DNA from: an uncultured delta proteobacterium
Lineage (GTDB): Bacteria > Desulfobacterota > Zymogenia > Zymogenales > Zymogenaceae
Reading direction: 5' to 3'
DNA: 64,000 nucleotides
Assembly: GCA_963792965.1 (NCBI GenBank)
Contig: CAWBYW010000016.1
Span: 128,001-192,000, forward strand
The position numbers and the translations under genes are program-made. Position 1 is the stretch's first letter, and each line of letters starts with the position of its first letter. The notes under the pieces were generated by a model. That model saw only the letters and a program-made list of their open reading frames with translations, ran no database searches and had not been told where the DNA came from. Of the stretch, positions 32,977 through 43,643 are shown piece by piece.

Positions 32977-34424
32977 TCAGCATGATCTATCCTTATTCAT
33001 TCCCTTCTCATGGCCGACAGGATTCCGTTTGCGAGGTCCGTGACCTCCCTCTCCAGGACGGTTCGAGGATCGATGACGAGGCTCTCGTCCGAGATTCGTG
33101 CGATAATGGTCGGATGCTTGCGTCCTCAAGCGTCTCTCGAGCGCCTCGGGGCTCTCGGCCAGCGGAGCAATCGTTACCACCCTTGTCGGGATCTGTGCGG
33201 TGGGAAATGCCCCGCCGCCCACTCCCGAGAAGTCATCGGCGGTCGTGACGTGGAACTTCGGATGGGGCGTGGCCGCCAGCAGCTTCACGATCCTTTTGGC
33301 CCTTTTCTTCGTCTCGTCATAGGACATCGTAATCATCGCCAGGACCGGGATCTTTTTTCGCGCATCAAACGGGTCCCGATAAATCATCAGGGTCGATTCG
33401 ACGGCGGCAAGCGACAGCTTATCGATCCTCACGGCCCGCGCCAGTGGGTTCTTTTTAATGCGGTCCGATCGGGTCCGCCTCCCCTACGATGAACCCCGCC
33501 TGGGCACCGCCCAACAGCTTATCGCCCGAAAAACGTAATGACATCGACGCCCGATTTAATCACTTCCGAGACGGTCGGCTCATGGGGGAGGCCCCAGGGC
33601 CCGAGATCCATGAGCGAGCCGCTGCCGAGGTCCTCCATGACCGGGATGTCATATTTTTTCCCGAGCCCGACGAGCTCGGCGGTCGACACTTCCTCGGTGA
33701 ACCCGACGATCCGGTAATTGGAGGTGTGGACCTTGAGGAGGAGCGCGTCTGGCCGACCCGATGGCGCTCTCGTAGTCCGAAAGCCCTCGTCCGGTTCGTC
33801 GTGCCGACCTCTCTGAGGCGCGCGCCGCTCTTTTCCATGACATCCGGGATACTAAAAGCGCCGCCGATCTCCACCAGCTCTCCCCGTGAGACGATGACGT
33901 CCCTGCCGTCGGCAAGAGTATTGAGCGCAAGCAACACGGCCGCGGCGTTGTTGTTGACCGCAAGGCCCGCCTCCGCGGAGGTGATATGGGCGATCAGGTC
34001 GGAAACGTGGTCGTGGCGGGATCCCCGCTCTCCGCGCTCGACGTTGAATTCGAGATTGGAATAGCCCGAGGCGATGCGTACGATATGCTCGAGGGCCTCC
34101 GCGGCGAGGGGCGCGCGGCCGAGGTTTGTATGCAAGATAATCCCCGTGGCGTTGATGACGGGCGCAAGCTGACGGCGTGACCGATTTGATCAGCCACTGC
34201 TCGATGAGCGACAAGAGCTCCGGCTCCGAGACTTCGGCGGGATGCTCTTTGGACATGAGCTCTTTTCGCGCGGACAAAATGGCGCCTCTCACCGCCTCCT
34301 TTACCACCATCCTCGGAAAGCGCCTCGATAGTTCCGTGACCATGGGGTGAGCCAGCAGCTTATCCACCGCGGGGAGTTTGGCGAGAGGGGATTTTTGTGC
34401 CGGGTTTTCCGACTTTCTTGGCAT
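32977..34424 (-). CDS. selA: L-seryl-tRNA(Sec) selenium transferase, split by frameshifts
   Basis: LPAVDKLL; HTNLGRAPL; [16 protein letters not shown]; [10 protein letters not shown]; [10 protein letters not shown]; EVGTTNRT; FSGDKLLGG; RIDKLSLAA. Confidence 0.92.
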
Positions 34425-34447
34425 GGCGCCGCTCGAGATTTTTTCCA

Positions 34448-34476
34448 TCTATACCATACTTTGACGGATTTCTCAA
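34448..34476 (-). promoter_or_regulatory. sigma70-like promoter directly upstream of selA
   Basis: Minus strand TTGAGA-N17-TATAGA with TG extension. Confidence 0.5.
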
Positions 34477-34711
34477 GGAAAATAAGGCTCTATGGGCGAC
34501 GAACCTGACCCTCCCGCGCGGTTCTCAGTTCGGAAATGGAGATTTTGACCCTCAGGCGAGCGAAGGGCTCGGGGGGCCGAGCCCCGCCAAGACAAACGAT
34601 TCCGCCGCTCATTATCTGACGGTAAAGGTAACTGAAGTCAGCTCCGCTCCACCCGAATCGGAGCCGTTCATGCGCAGGTCGTAGCTTCCGGGGGTCGTCG
34701 GGCCACAAGGC

Positions 34712-35716
34712 TTATAAATCCTCAATTTCTTTAACCAGACTTCGGTCCAGCCGCGCCCCGTGGCTTGCCACCACCTGGGCGGAGATGTAGGCCGCGATCC
34801 TGCCGGCCCTCTCCATGTCTATTCCGTGCGTGACCCCGTAGAGGATTCCCGCCGCGTAGGCGTCCCCCGCCCCGTTGGTGTTGACGACCCGGACGGGGTA
34901 AATCGGCACCCTGATGACACGGTCGTCGGCCTTGATGAGGCTTCCCCGCTGCCCGAGCTTGACGACGGCCAGATCGCACAGCTCGTATATCAGAGACAGC
35001 GCCTGTTCCTCGTCATCCTTTCCGGTGAACGCCCTGGCTTCAAGCTCATTGACGAAAATGATATCGGCGTATTCCTTGACAAGGTCGCGGATCGGCTCAA
35101 GGTTCCTTCCGATGAGGGCGGGGTCGGCAAGATCGATGGAGACCCGTCCCCCCGACTCATGCGCGATTTTCATCGCGTGGACGCAGGTCTCCCTCAACAG
35201 GGGGTCCTCCAGCTGGTACCCCTCAATATGAAGGGTCTTGCTCTCCCTGATGTCCTCATCAAGGATATCTTCCTTCCTGAAATGGATTGCCGCGCCCAGA
35301 TGCGTGGCAAACGTCCGCTCGGAATCCGGGGTAATGAAGGTGATAGCGTGGCCGGTGCCTGCGGACTTGTGCCTGGAGAGCTTGGATGCGACCCCGTCTA
35401 CGATCGTCCTCTGCTCATAGACCGTCCCGTGGTAGTCGTCGCCGATCTTGCCGAGGAAGACGGCGCTCCCCCCGAGGGCGCTGACGCCGGCCAGGGTGTT
35501 GGCCGATGAGCCCCCCGGGGCGGTCTTTACCGTGTAGCTCTCCAGCATCTTGAGGATCTTGGTGCTCTGGGCTTCGTCTATCAGGTGCATCTCGCCCTTC
35601 TTCATATCGATCTCGGCCAGCACTCCCTCGTCCACCTCGACGATGAAATCCAACAGCGGGCTCCCGATTCCGCAGACATCGTATCGCTTCACCGAATGTT
35701 CCTCAGGCTTCATCAT
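34712..35716 (-). CDS. PfkB family (adenosine kinase-like) carbohydrate kinase
   Basis: PGGSSANT, ERTFATHLGAA, FVNELEA, NTNGAGDAYAAG. Confidence 0.9.
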   Translation of the reverse strand: MMKPEEHSVKRYDVCGIGSPLLDFIVEVDEGVLAEIDMKKGEMHLIDEAQSTKILKMLESYTVKTAPGGSSANTLAGVSALGGSAVFLGKIGDDYHGTVYEQRTIVDGVASKLSRHKSAGTGHAITFITPDSERTFATHLGAAIHFRKEDILDEDIRESKTLHIEGYQLEDPLLRETCVHAMKIAHESGGRVSIDLADPALIGRNLEPIRDLVKEYADIIFVNELEARAFTGKDDEEQALSLIYELCDLAVVKLGQRGSLIKADDRVIRVPIYPVRVVNTNGAGDAYAAGILYGVTHGIDMERAGRIAAYISAQVVASHGARLDRSLVKEIEDL

Positions 35717-35756
35717 CGCCCCACCGATACTCTATTACTGTGCATTCCGTCACACT

Positions 35757-37333
35757 CTACCGTCCGAGCAGGAGGCGACCGATAATCGACCGGATCGTCT
35801 CGTCATCACGCCCGGTCGAGTCGACGCCGAGGGAATCGGGCCTCTCCGATGCGTCGAGTGGCTCGCGGAGCAGCTTTTGCTTCAGGTAGACCTCAAAGGT
35901 CGCGTCCGACGCGTTTTTCTCCTTCATCCGCTTGGCAATCCTTCTCTTGACCACGTCGTCCGGGCACGTGACGGCAACTATAAGGAAACGCGCCCCGGTC
36001 TTTTCGGCGACGCTCTTTGCCTCCTGCCTCTCTTTGTGCTTGAGGAAGCATGCGTCCAGGATCACGGATCGGTTGGCCCCGAGCGCTTTTTCGGCGCGCG
36101 CATACAGGGTAGCGTAGGTTTTCCTGGTCATCGTGGTCGAGTAGATCCCGGATCCGAAACGGTCGTAGTGGTGAGCCAGAGGGCTTTGCCCCGCCAGCTC
36201 CTTTCTCACCTCGTCGGAGCGATAGACAATGCTGTCCATTTCGTCGGCAAGATCGTCGGCGATTCGGCTCTTGCCCGTCCCGGCAAGGCCGAACATGATG
36301 ATCAAGAACGGGCGCGTCTCCCTCACCGCATAGTGATGGGCAAGGTGAAAATAGCCCCGGGCCCGCCCGGCCGCCTCTTCTTTTTCTTCTGAGTCGATCT
36401 CCGCCTCTCCCAGCTCGAAGCTCAGCACCTTTCCCCGGGTAAAGGCGTGGTAGCAGGCGTAAAAGTCTATCAGCTCGCCGAGCCGTGTGTCCCCCGAGAG
36501 CCGCACATATTCTTCGACGAAGAAGCGCGGCAAGTCCCGGATACCTGAAGGAGTCCAGATCCATCTTGAGAAAGGCGATATCCTGGGCCACGTCCCCCAT
36601 CCGGAATCGCTCGTTGAACTCGATGCAGTCATAGATATAGATATCCTTTGTGGTGATGCAGATGTTTCTCGAGTGGAGGTCTCCGTGCCCCTCCCTGATA
36701 AACCCGCCCGCGACCCTCTCCTCCAAGAGGTCGGCCTTCTCCCTGAAGAAGCGCTCGGTATAGTCCTTGATCGTCTCAAAGTCGAGGGGCGGTATCGTCT
36801 TTGAGATATACTTTTTCGTCTGGTTGAAGTTCTCGTCGCAGTTGAGCCCGATCACAGGGATCGTCCCGTATCGGTTGACGTGCTGGCCCGTGCGCGCGGC
36901 GCGGTAAAACGGGACGAGGACCCCGACTATCCGCGCGATGTCGCCTCTCCCGACCTTCCCCGCGGCAAGCCCCACGTCCATCATCCCCCGCGCCGGGAGC
37001 CGCCTCATCACGACGGCGAAGTCTATGACGGTGCCCGCGCCCTCTGACCGCGATGCGTGTCCCGTCATCCGTAATCGGCACCACGCCGAGATAGACATCG
37101 GGGCAGAGCCGCGCGTTGAGCGCGACTTCCTGCTCGCAGTAGAACTTACGCTTTTCCAGCGTGGTGAAATCGAGGAATCCGAAGTCCACCGGCTTCTTGA
37201 TCTTGTAGACGAGGTCGCCGGCGATAAATACGACCGAGATATGGGTCTGGATGACCTCGGCCCGCTTGGGCCAGTGGGGAAAGCTCCCGGGCTTGCTGAG
37301 CGACTCGATGAGCGCCGTCAGGGGCATGGACAA
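35757..37333 (-). CDS. Aminoglycoside-phosphotransferase-like / AAA_33 P-loop kinase fusion, frameshifted
   Basis: [40 protein letters not shown]; C-terminal [15 protein letters not shown]. Confidence 0.85.
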
Positions 37334-37417
37334 CTCCGATAGGGGAAAATAGCAAGGGGGAAAGACGGCTTCCCCCCACGTAACTCAGTCACAGGAATGA
37401 TTCGCGCGCGCCTCTCA

Positions 37418-38596
37418 TTACGAGAAGAGGTCGTCGAAAAATCTTTTCTTCGTCTTGATTTTCAACAGACTGAAAATGTCCCGCTGAATGTCCCGGATGC
37501 TCTTTCCGGCCTCAACCATGACGTCCTGTTTGCGCCACTCGTCGAGCCGAAACGGGTGGTCCGACAGGCCCGACAGGTCAAAGCCCTCATCGTGGGCCTT
37601 CTGTACGAATCCCTGCGGCAGCTCGTTGGGAAGCGTCACGTCGTTCATGATCGCCCACACCATCGTCCAGAGCCGCGCCGTGTTGAAATGGTTGTAGCCG
37701 CCGCCCCCGAGCGCGATCCATCGCTTTGCGTTCTGGCGCATCTTCGTTACGGCGTGGACGTAGCCCTGGGTGGTGAGGTTGAGGTTTGCCAGGGGGTCGG
37801 TCAGCATCATGTCGCAGCCCACCTGGCTGACCAGGACGTCCGGGGAGAACTTCTCGATGACCGGGACAAAAATATCGTCAAAGGCCCACATAAAGGTCCG
37901 GTCGTCGGTCCCGTAGCGGAGCGGAACGTTGAGGGAATACCCTTTCCCCTTGCCGGCGCCGATCTCCTCGGTAAAGCCCGTCCCGGGGAAGAGGGACTTG
38001 CCGCTCTCGTGAAACGAGAGGGTAAGGACCCTGTCGGTATCGTAGAAGGCGGCCTGCACGCCGTCGCCGTGGTGCGCGTCGATGTCGACGTACATCACCT
38101 TGAGCCGCTTCTTGACCAGGTACTGGATCGCGATGACGATATCGTTGACGAAACAGAATCCCGCGGCCCGATCCTTCATGGCGTGGTGCATACCGCCGGC
38201 CATGTTGAAGGCGGCCCAGGCCTTGCCTTCGGCCACCGTCCGCGCCGCCGTCATCGTGTTCCCGAGGACCATCAGGGAAAAATCGAGGATGCCGGGGAAG
38301 ACCGGGTTATCTCCCGGGCCGATGTTATATTTCGCGTGCTCGGGCAGGTAGGTGCCGTCGTTTGCGCTCTTCAACGCCTCCATATAGCCCGCGTCATGGT
38401 AGGAGAGGGCCTCCTCGATCGGCGCCGCCGACGAAGAGAGATAGAGGGAATTTTCGAGCTTATCCAGCCCATATGCGCGGATCAGCTCCATCGCGTAGGT
38501 AACCCGCTCCCATTTGAGCGGATGTCCCGGCCCGTAGTTGAACTTCTCAAACCCCTCGGGGATGATCAGGGCGGTCTTTTTTGAGCGCTTGAAAAT
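37418..38596 (-). CDS. acuC: Histone-deacetylase family / AcuC-like acetoin utilization protein
   Basis: GPGHPLKWER, GGMHHA, GFCFVND, DIDAHHGDGVQ, SFHESG, LFPGTG, LGGGGY. The frame extends upstream of the first ATG. Confidence 0.88.
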   Translation of the reverse strand: MFKRSKKTALIIPEGFEKFNYGPGHPLKWERVTYAMELIRAYGLDKLENSLYLSSSAAPIEEALSYHDAGYMEALKSANDGTYLPEHAKYNIGPGDNPVFPGILDFSLMVLGNTMTAARTVAEGKAWAAFNMAGGMHHAMKDRAAGFCFVNDIVIAIQYLVKKRLKVMYVDIDAHHGDGVQAAFYDTDRVLTLSFHESGKSLFPGTGFTEEIGAGKGKGYSLNVPLRYGTDDRTFMWAFDDIFVPVIEKFSPDVLVSQVGCDMMLTDPLANLNLTTQGYVHAVTKMRQNAKRWIALGGGGYNHFNTARLWTMVWAIMNDVTLPNELPQGFVQKAHDEGFDLSGLSDHPFRLDEWRKQDVMVEAGKSIRDIQRDIFSLLKIKTKKRFFDDLFS

Positions 38597-38680
38597 AGCT
38601 AACCTCCTGAAATCCTGCCTCCCAATCAGCTGTATTGAGACCCACCGATATCGACGCGGCGACCTTAGCTTCGCTCAGTC

Positions 38681-39932
38681 CTACGGGGCGCCGAACGCCA
38701 TGCTGGCGAAGGTGACGGTGGAATCCGCGCTGTCCATCACCGTGCTGTCGTAGGAGAGGAGCCTCCCCTTCTTGTTTTCCAGCACCCTGAGCATCGTATA
38801 GATCGCCGGAAAGCCGCAGATCCTGCGTTTGTCGTCGTCCGACGCGATATGCTCGAGGAATCGATCCGCGTCTCCCGACGCGATCACCTCGATCATCTCA
38901 TGGTCCCTTTCCCCGACGGTGGCCAGGTGCTCCCGCGTGGGGGGATGCTCGTCCCCGTATTTCACCCCGACGTGGGCAAAATCGACCGAGGCAATCAGCA
39001 CGACCCTTCCCCGAAACGACGCCACGGCCCCCTTGAGGGCGGCGATGAAATCCTCCACGACCGTCTTGACCGGCGCCAGCCGCTCCGAATAGAAGATCGA
39101 GTGGGGAAAGGAGGTGAGGATCGGCGCGATGGTAAACGGCGCATCGCCCAGCACGTACTTGAGAAAGACGGTCTGAAACTCGACGGTGTGCTCCGTGCGG
39201 TGGATCATCTCGCCGGTAAAGAGCCGGTCCCCGAAGCGCGCGCCCAGATCGTCCATGAACTCACGGTTCGTCCGGGCAACTCCGAACGGCGTCATGAAGT
39301 CCTTTTTCGTCCCGGCATAAAGCTGTTCGATCCCGGCGTGGCCGACGCCGAGCACCACGTAGAGGTCCGCCCTCGGCGCGCGCGCCAGCGCCGAGTAGGC
39401 GTGGGCGAAGCAGGTCCCCCGGAGGCGATGCTGATGTGGGGGGCAAGGAGCGCCGAAAGCCCGTCCCGGTCGGCGCCTGTACCATTGATCGGGTCCCCAC
39501 GGCCGCCCCACCGTCGACCCCCGCGAAGTAGGAGGAGAACTCCTCTTTGAGCTTCTCAGGATCGGTCTGGTACCCGGCGCCCATATGGACCGCGGGACGG
39601 ATCTGTGCGCGGAAAAAATCCCCCTCTATACGCCGCTTCTCTTTCAGGAACGATTCGCTCACCAGGAAATAGCTCTTGTCCAGCTCTTCGGCCACCTTCC
39701 TGATGTCTTCCAGGTCAAGGGTCGCGCCTGAATGCTTTTCTACTTCGGCCTGGATCTCCCGGAAGGTCTTGGTGCCGTCAAAAAATTGCATAACGGCCAC
39801 GACCTCCCGGGGGACAAAGAGAACCCGGTCCGTGTAAAGTAAGGGGTCCCTGAGCACGAGCCCCTCCTTGCCGCCGACGCTCATCGGGACGAACTCGACG
39901 TTTCTGAGCTTGGGATAGTCGTTATCGGCCAA
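38681..39932 (-). CDS. AmmeMemoRadiSam protein B (MEMO1) with N-terminal extension, frameshifted
   Basis: RPAVHMGAGY, LGVGHAG, HRTEHTVEFQ, IASVDFAHVG, RICGFPAI. Confidence 0.82.
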
Positions 39933-40167
39933 ATCTGCACCTTTCTCGAATCGCGTGAGACCGCAAACTCGGAAAGTCCGGTTAAAGGGACTCTTTCTAT
40001 TACGTATCACACCACAAGGCTTTGGTCAAGCCCAAAACAGGCGCGTGCCCCGACACACCGCGAGCGCAGTGGCGCGCGATAGAGCGCCGGACCCGTGTCA
40101 ACTCAATGTTATTGAAACCACGCCCATCATCTGATATGATGGCTCAGGTTTTTTTACAGGGTGTCTC

Positions 40168-41763
40168 ATGAAAATCACCTTCATCGGCGGGGCGCGGACC
40201 GTCACCGGCTCTTCGTTCCTGCTGTCCACAGACGGCGCCAATATCCTGGTCGACTGCGGGATGTTTCAGGGCGGGCGCGAGCTCATCGCCCGAAACTACC
40301 TCGAGCCGATCTACGACCCCAAAGACATCGACGCGGTCGTGCTGACGCACGCCCACATCGACCACAGCGGGCTGATCCCGAAGCTCGTGCGCGGCGGATT
40401 TTCCGGAAAAATCTATACGACCAAGGCGACGGCCGACCTCTGCGAGCTGATGCTGCTGGACTCCGCGCACATCCAGGAGATGGACGCACGCTGGAAAACC
40501 AGAAAGAACCTCAGGCGCGGGCTGGCCGAGATGCCCCCTCTCTATACCGTCGACGACGCGCAGAAGTCGCTGCCTCACTTTTCGCGCGTAACGTACGACC
40601 AGACCTTCTCTCCCGCGCCGGGCATCGAGGTCGTCTTCCGCGACGCCGGCCACATCCTCGGCTCGGGAATGATCGAGATGACCTGTCCCGTTGACGGCGG
40701 CACAAAAAGGAAGCTCGTTTTCTCAGGAGACATCGGGACGAGCGACCAGCCCATCATCCGGGACCCGAGCACGATTTCCGAGGCCGATTTTCTCTTCATC
40801 GAATCGACCTACGGAAACCGCACCCACCGGACCATCGAAGAGAGCAAGGAAGAGTTCACCGAGGCGCTGCTGTCGACCACGCGGCTGGGCGGCAAGGTCA
40901 TCATCCCGTCGTTTGCCGTGGGCCGTACCCAGGAGATCATCTATTATCTGGCGGAGCTCACGCGAGCGGGCAGGCTCCCGGCCCTCCCCATTATCGTCGA
41001 CAGCCCCATGGCCACCTCGGCCACGAAGATCATGGAGAACAACCCCGACTGTTTCGATCAAGAAACGAAAGACCTCATCGCCGGCGGGAAGGACCCGCTG
41101 GAAATCCCGACCCTGAAATTCACGCGGTCCACCGAGGAGTCGATGGCGATCAACACGATGAAGGGAAGTGCGATCATCATCTCGTCCTCCGGCATGTGCG
41201 ACGGGGGGCGCATCAGGCACCACCTGCGCCACAACCTCTGGCGGCCGGAGACCACGGTGATCTTCGTCGGCTACCAGGCCGAGGGGACCCTCGGCCGCCA
41301 GATCGTCAACGGAGACCAGGAGGTCAGGATCTTCGGCGAAGAGGTACAGGTCAAGGCGAAGATCTACACGATCAACGGCCTGTCGGCCCACGCCGACCGG
41401 GACGGGCTGCTGGACTGGGCGTCTCATTTTCGGGGCGCGGCCCCGACGACGTTCGTGATCCACGGCGAGGAGCGCTCCGCGCTCGATTTCTCCGAGACCC
41501 TCAAGGCGGAGCTGTCGCTGACGACCTACGTGCCCTCCTGGAGGGAGACGGTGGAGCTTTCCCCGGATAAGAGCTTCCGGTCGCTACCGGCGGCCGAGGC
41601 GGGCAAAGAGATCCCGATATTCGCAAAGAAATATGAGGGTGACCTTGCCTCCATCAAGGAGAAGCTGGCGAGCCTCGAAAAGAAGGGGATCACGGGGAAG
41701 AAAGAAGTCGCAGACCGCTTGGGGGCGATCAAGAATATTTTGAGTGAGATCGAGGACGAGTAG
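40168..41763 (+). CDS. MBL-fold beta-CASP metallo-hydrolase/ribonuclease
   Basis: DCGMFQG, THAHIDHSG, AGHILGS, ESTYG, FAVGRTQE, SAHAD, IHGE. Confidence 0.92.
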   Translation: MKITFIGGARTVTGSSFLLSTDGANILVDCGMFQGGRELIARNYLEPIYDPKDIDAVVLTHAHIDHSGLIPKLVRGGFSGKIYTTKATADLCELMLLDSAHIQEMDARWKTRKNLRRGLAEMPPLYTVDDAQKSLPHFSRVTYDQTFSPAPGIEVVFRDAGHILGSGMIEMTCPVDGGTKRKLVFSGDIGTSDQPIIRDPSTISEADFLFIESTYGNRTHRTIEESKEEFTEALLSTTRLGGKVIIPSFAVGRTQEIIYYLAELTRAGRLPALPIIVDSPMATSATKIMENNPDCFDQETKDLIAGGKDPLEIPTLKFTRSTEESMAINTMKGSAIIISSSGMCDGGRIRHHLRHNLWRPETTVIFVGYQAEGTLGRQIVNGDQEVRIFGEEVQVKAKIYTINGLSAHADRDGLLDWASHFRGAAPTTFVIHGEERSALDFSETLKAELSLTTYVPSWRETVELSPDKSFRSLPAAEAGKEIPIFAKKYEGDLASIKEKLASLEKKGITGKKEVADRLGAIKNILSEIEDE

Positions 41764-41790
41764 CCGCCCGGCAGACGTGGACGAAGACCC

Positions 41791-41814
41791 GTAGGGGCGG
41801 CATATATGCCGCCC
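41791..41814 (+). repeat. GTAG-type REP-like palindrome
   Basis: GTAG followed by the perfect palindrome GGGCGGCATATATGCCGCCC. Confidence 0.6.
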
Positions 41815-41860
41815 GTCTCCAGCCCGCGATGACGAATAGACAAATGCTGAGGAACCATCC

Positions 41861-42613
41861 ATGGACCTGAAAGAAGAAATAAGGGAAAAGGCGCGCGAGC
41901 AGGGCTTTGCCCTCTTCGGCGTGGTGGACTCCAAAGACATGGAAGAGGTGGAGACGCCCCCCGGCCGGGGGATCGCCAGGCCCTCCGAGGTGGCGCCGTG
42001 GGCGCGATCGGTCATGGTGCTGGGGATCCGCGTGGCCGATGAGGCGATGAACGTCTCGATCTCAATACCTGTCCCCGGCGGCAAAGACACCTACTATAAT
42101 TTCTATTACGAGATCACGGAGAGCCGCGCCTGGCGCCTGATCCGGTGGATGCGGGAGGAGAAGGGGATCAGGGCCGTGCCCTCCCACCGGATCGCCATGA
42201 AGCCCGCGGCGATGCTTGCCGGAATCGGTTTCATCGGCCACAACACGCAGGTCATCACGCCCGACTTTGGCCCGCGCGTCCGGTTCGTGGCCGTCCTTAC
42301 CGACAAAGAGCTTGAGCCCGACCGTCCCTTTGCCCGCGACCTCTGCGAGGAGGAGCCCGCCTGCCGGGACAAATCGCTCTGCGTGCAGGCCTGCCCCTAC
42401 CGCGCCATCATCCCCGGCCCGTCACAGGGCGTCCCGGCGGGGGAGAAGGTGCTGCTCGAAAAATGCGTCGTCTATCACGTGCAGGATAGGGAGATAGGTA
42501 AACGCTGGGAGAAGTATATCCGCCGCCTGACGAACCGCGGCTTCCTCGAATGCACCCTCTGCAACCTCGCCTGCCCGTACGGGGAGAGGGGGAGAGAAGA
42601 GCGGTTGACGTAA
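41861..42613 (+). CDS. QueG/reductive-dehalogenase-like 4Fe-4S protein
   Basis: AAMLAGIGFIGHN..ITPDFGPRVRF; C...C...CVQACP; CTLCNLACP. Confidence 0.75.
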   Translation: MDLKEEIREKAREQGFALFGVVDSKDMEEVETPPGRGIARPSEVAPWARSVMVLGIRVADEAMNVSISIPVPGGKDTYYNFYYEITESRAWRLIRWMREEKGIRAVPSHRIAMKPAAMLAGIGFIGHNTQVITPDFGPRVRFVAVLTDKELEPDRPFARDLCEEEPACRDKSLCVQACPYRAIIPGPSQGVPAGEKVLLEKCVVYHVQDREIGKRWEKYIRRLTNRGFLECTLCNLACPYGERGREERLT

Positions 42614-42654
42614 GGACTTACCGAAACCCCTACGAACCGATAACGAACCTTGAC

Positions 42655-43245
42655 TTATAGCTTCCTGCAGACAAGCTCTCCGTTGCCCACGGGCACCACC
42701 ATGGCGTCGACCCGGACGTCGGACAGCACATAGTCGAGCATTTCCTTTAGCGCCACCTTATGGTTGATCGCGTTGTCGGCCACCAGAATCCCGCCCTCTA
42801 CCATCCTTGGAATGAGCAGTTTATAACAATCGAGATACACGTCCTTTTCGGCATCGAGGAAGCAGAACGATATCTTTTCGTAATCGGCCAGCTTCAGCCG
42901 TGCGTCACCATGAATGAGCCCAACGGTGTCATCCATACCCGTGAGCCGAAACGTCTCTTCGGCTATCTTCACTTTCTCCTCAAGCACCTCGAAGGTGGTA
43001 AGCTTTCGCCCGATCTCACGACACGCAAGCCCAATCCAAAGGGCCGAATATCCGCCGCTCGTGCCTATTTCGACGTAGTCGCCGGCCGGCGCACACCGCG
43101 CCAAAAGAGAAATGAATTTGCCCGTTTCAGCCGGAATCTGCCGGAGGCGTGAAAGCATCGGGGTGCCGTCCGCCCTGTCATGGGCGTCAATATTTTCGAG
43201 ATAACGCATTCTCTCAAGGACGATGGGAGGGATCGTATGAAACAT
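42655..43245 (-). CDS. Class I SAM-dependent O-methyltransferase
   Basis: [27 protein letters not shown]. Confidence 0.88.
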   Translation of the reverse strand: MFHTIPPIVLERMRYLENIDAHDRADGTPMLSRLRQIPAETGKFISLLARCAPAGDYVEIGTSGGYSALWIGLACREIGRKLTTFEVLEEKVKIAEETFRLTGMDDTVGLIHGDARLKLADYEKISFCFLDAEKDVYLDCYKLLIPRMVEGGILVADNAINHKVALKEMLDYVLSDVRVDAMVVPVGNGELVCRKL

Positions 43246-43643
43246 TGATTTCCTCCGTCAGTTTTGTTTCTCTCGGCGGATTCACATGCCTTAGCAATCA
43301 TAGAAGCAGCCGATATCCGCTCATGCAATGGTATATCGTGAAATTGTGGGAGTCAATCTCTATTAAGAGGCGCCTGCGAACCCAAGACGCTCCGAGAGAC
43401 CCAGCAGCTTACCAAAAGGGCGCCGCAGCATTCTATAATGTCTTATATATAATGTGACAGCCTGAAAGTCGGCTTCCATGGCGTTTTCGTTTGATTTCAT
43501 CCGGTGACGAGGATAGAATCTACTACCGAAATGGTGACGTGACCATCGTTGAGCGAGCAGCACCGGGCCTTTCGAGGGCATTGAGCTGAATGACCCCATG
43601 TCAGTGGTTCATAGGGGGAATCTCGGATAAAAGGAGATCCGAT

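Noticed and set aside
32977-34424. Programmed frameshifting in selA or other genes
   Set aside because: Multiple scattered indels across unrelated genes with no shared slippery motif seen; assembly error is simpler
34620-34660. tRNA-Sec (selC) next to selA (minus strand GCTGACTTCAGT)
   Set aside because: No CTTCAAA anticodon loop, T-arm or acceptor stem could be built
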